DNA from: Octopus sinensis
Taxonomy: Eukaryota
Assembly: GCF_006345805.1 (NCBI RefSeq)
Contig: NC_042998.1
Span: 6,510,001 to 6,574,000 of the forward strand
Direction: 5' to 3'
Length of the DNA stretch: 64,000 bases
Made by a program: the position numbers and the translations under genes. Below, one piece after another: positions 63,792 to 64,000 of the stretch (position 1 is its first letter; each line of letters starts with the position of its first letter). The notes beneath the pieces were generated by a model. That model saw nothing but the letters and a program-made list of their open reading frames with translations. It had not been told where the DNA came from and did not search any database.

Positions 63792-64000
63792 ATGGAATCG
63801 AACACGGAATCTTGGGGTTAGTAGCCCACACTCTTAACCAATACGCCATATGTCCTTTCCTTTATTTAAGACAGTAAGATGTGATTTAGAGTATATTTAG
63901 CTACTATTTTTATCAAGCAAGCAACCACTGAAAGACACTATCATTAGCTTGGAGAGATGATTGTGTGGCTTGCATAATTAGAGGTTAATTGGTTATTCTC

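Overview
This is AT-rich, repeat-dense animal genomic DNA. The SINE families and the (TA)n/(AC)n/(TACA)n/(GAT)n microsatellite style look to me like Octopus; this is recognition from memory, not a search. There is no prokaryotic operon or CRISPR array. Almost all ORFs in the track are read-throughs of SINEs or microsatellites. Host genes: a convincing first coding exon of the DEAD-box helicase DDX49 (minus, 28324-28468), whose later exons I could not find in the window; a head-to-head plus-strand transcription unit starting near 29.4 kb; and a tentative unidentified minus-strand gene (about 15.3 kb to 3.6 kb). Mobile DNA dominates: a full-length Chapaev3-type DNA transposon with three nonsense codons and no frameshift, an R4/Dong-type RLE retrotransposon lying in a (TACA)n tract, RTE, CR1/L2-like and Gypsy fragments, piggyBac-type MITEs, foldback elements, solo-LTR-like units and five SINE-like families (A-E are my labels). 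The most interesting signals are several Penelope-type minimal hammerhead ribozyme motifs, one with an intact catalytic core, and the apparent TACA targeting of the R4 element. I see no evidence for a wholly new multi-gene system. All alignments and exon translations were done by eye.
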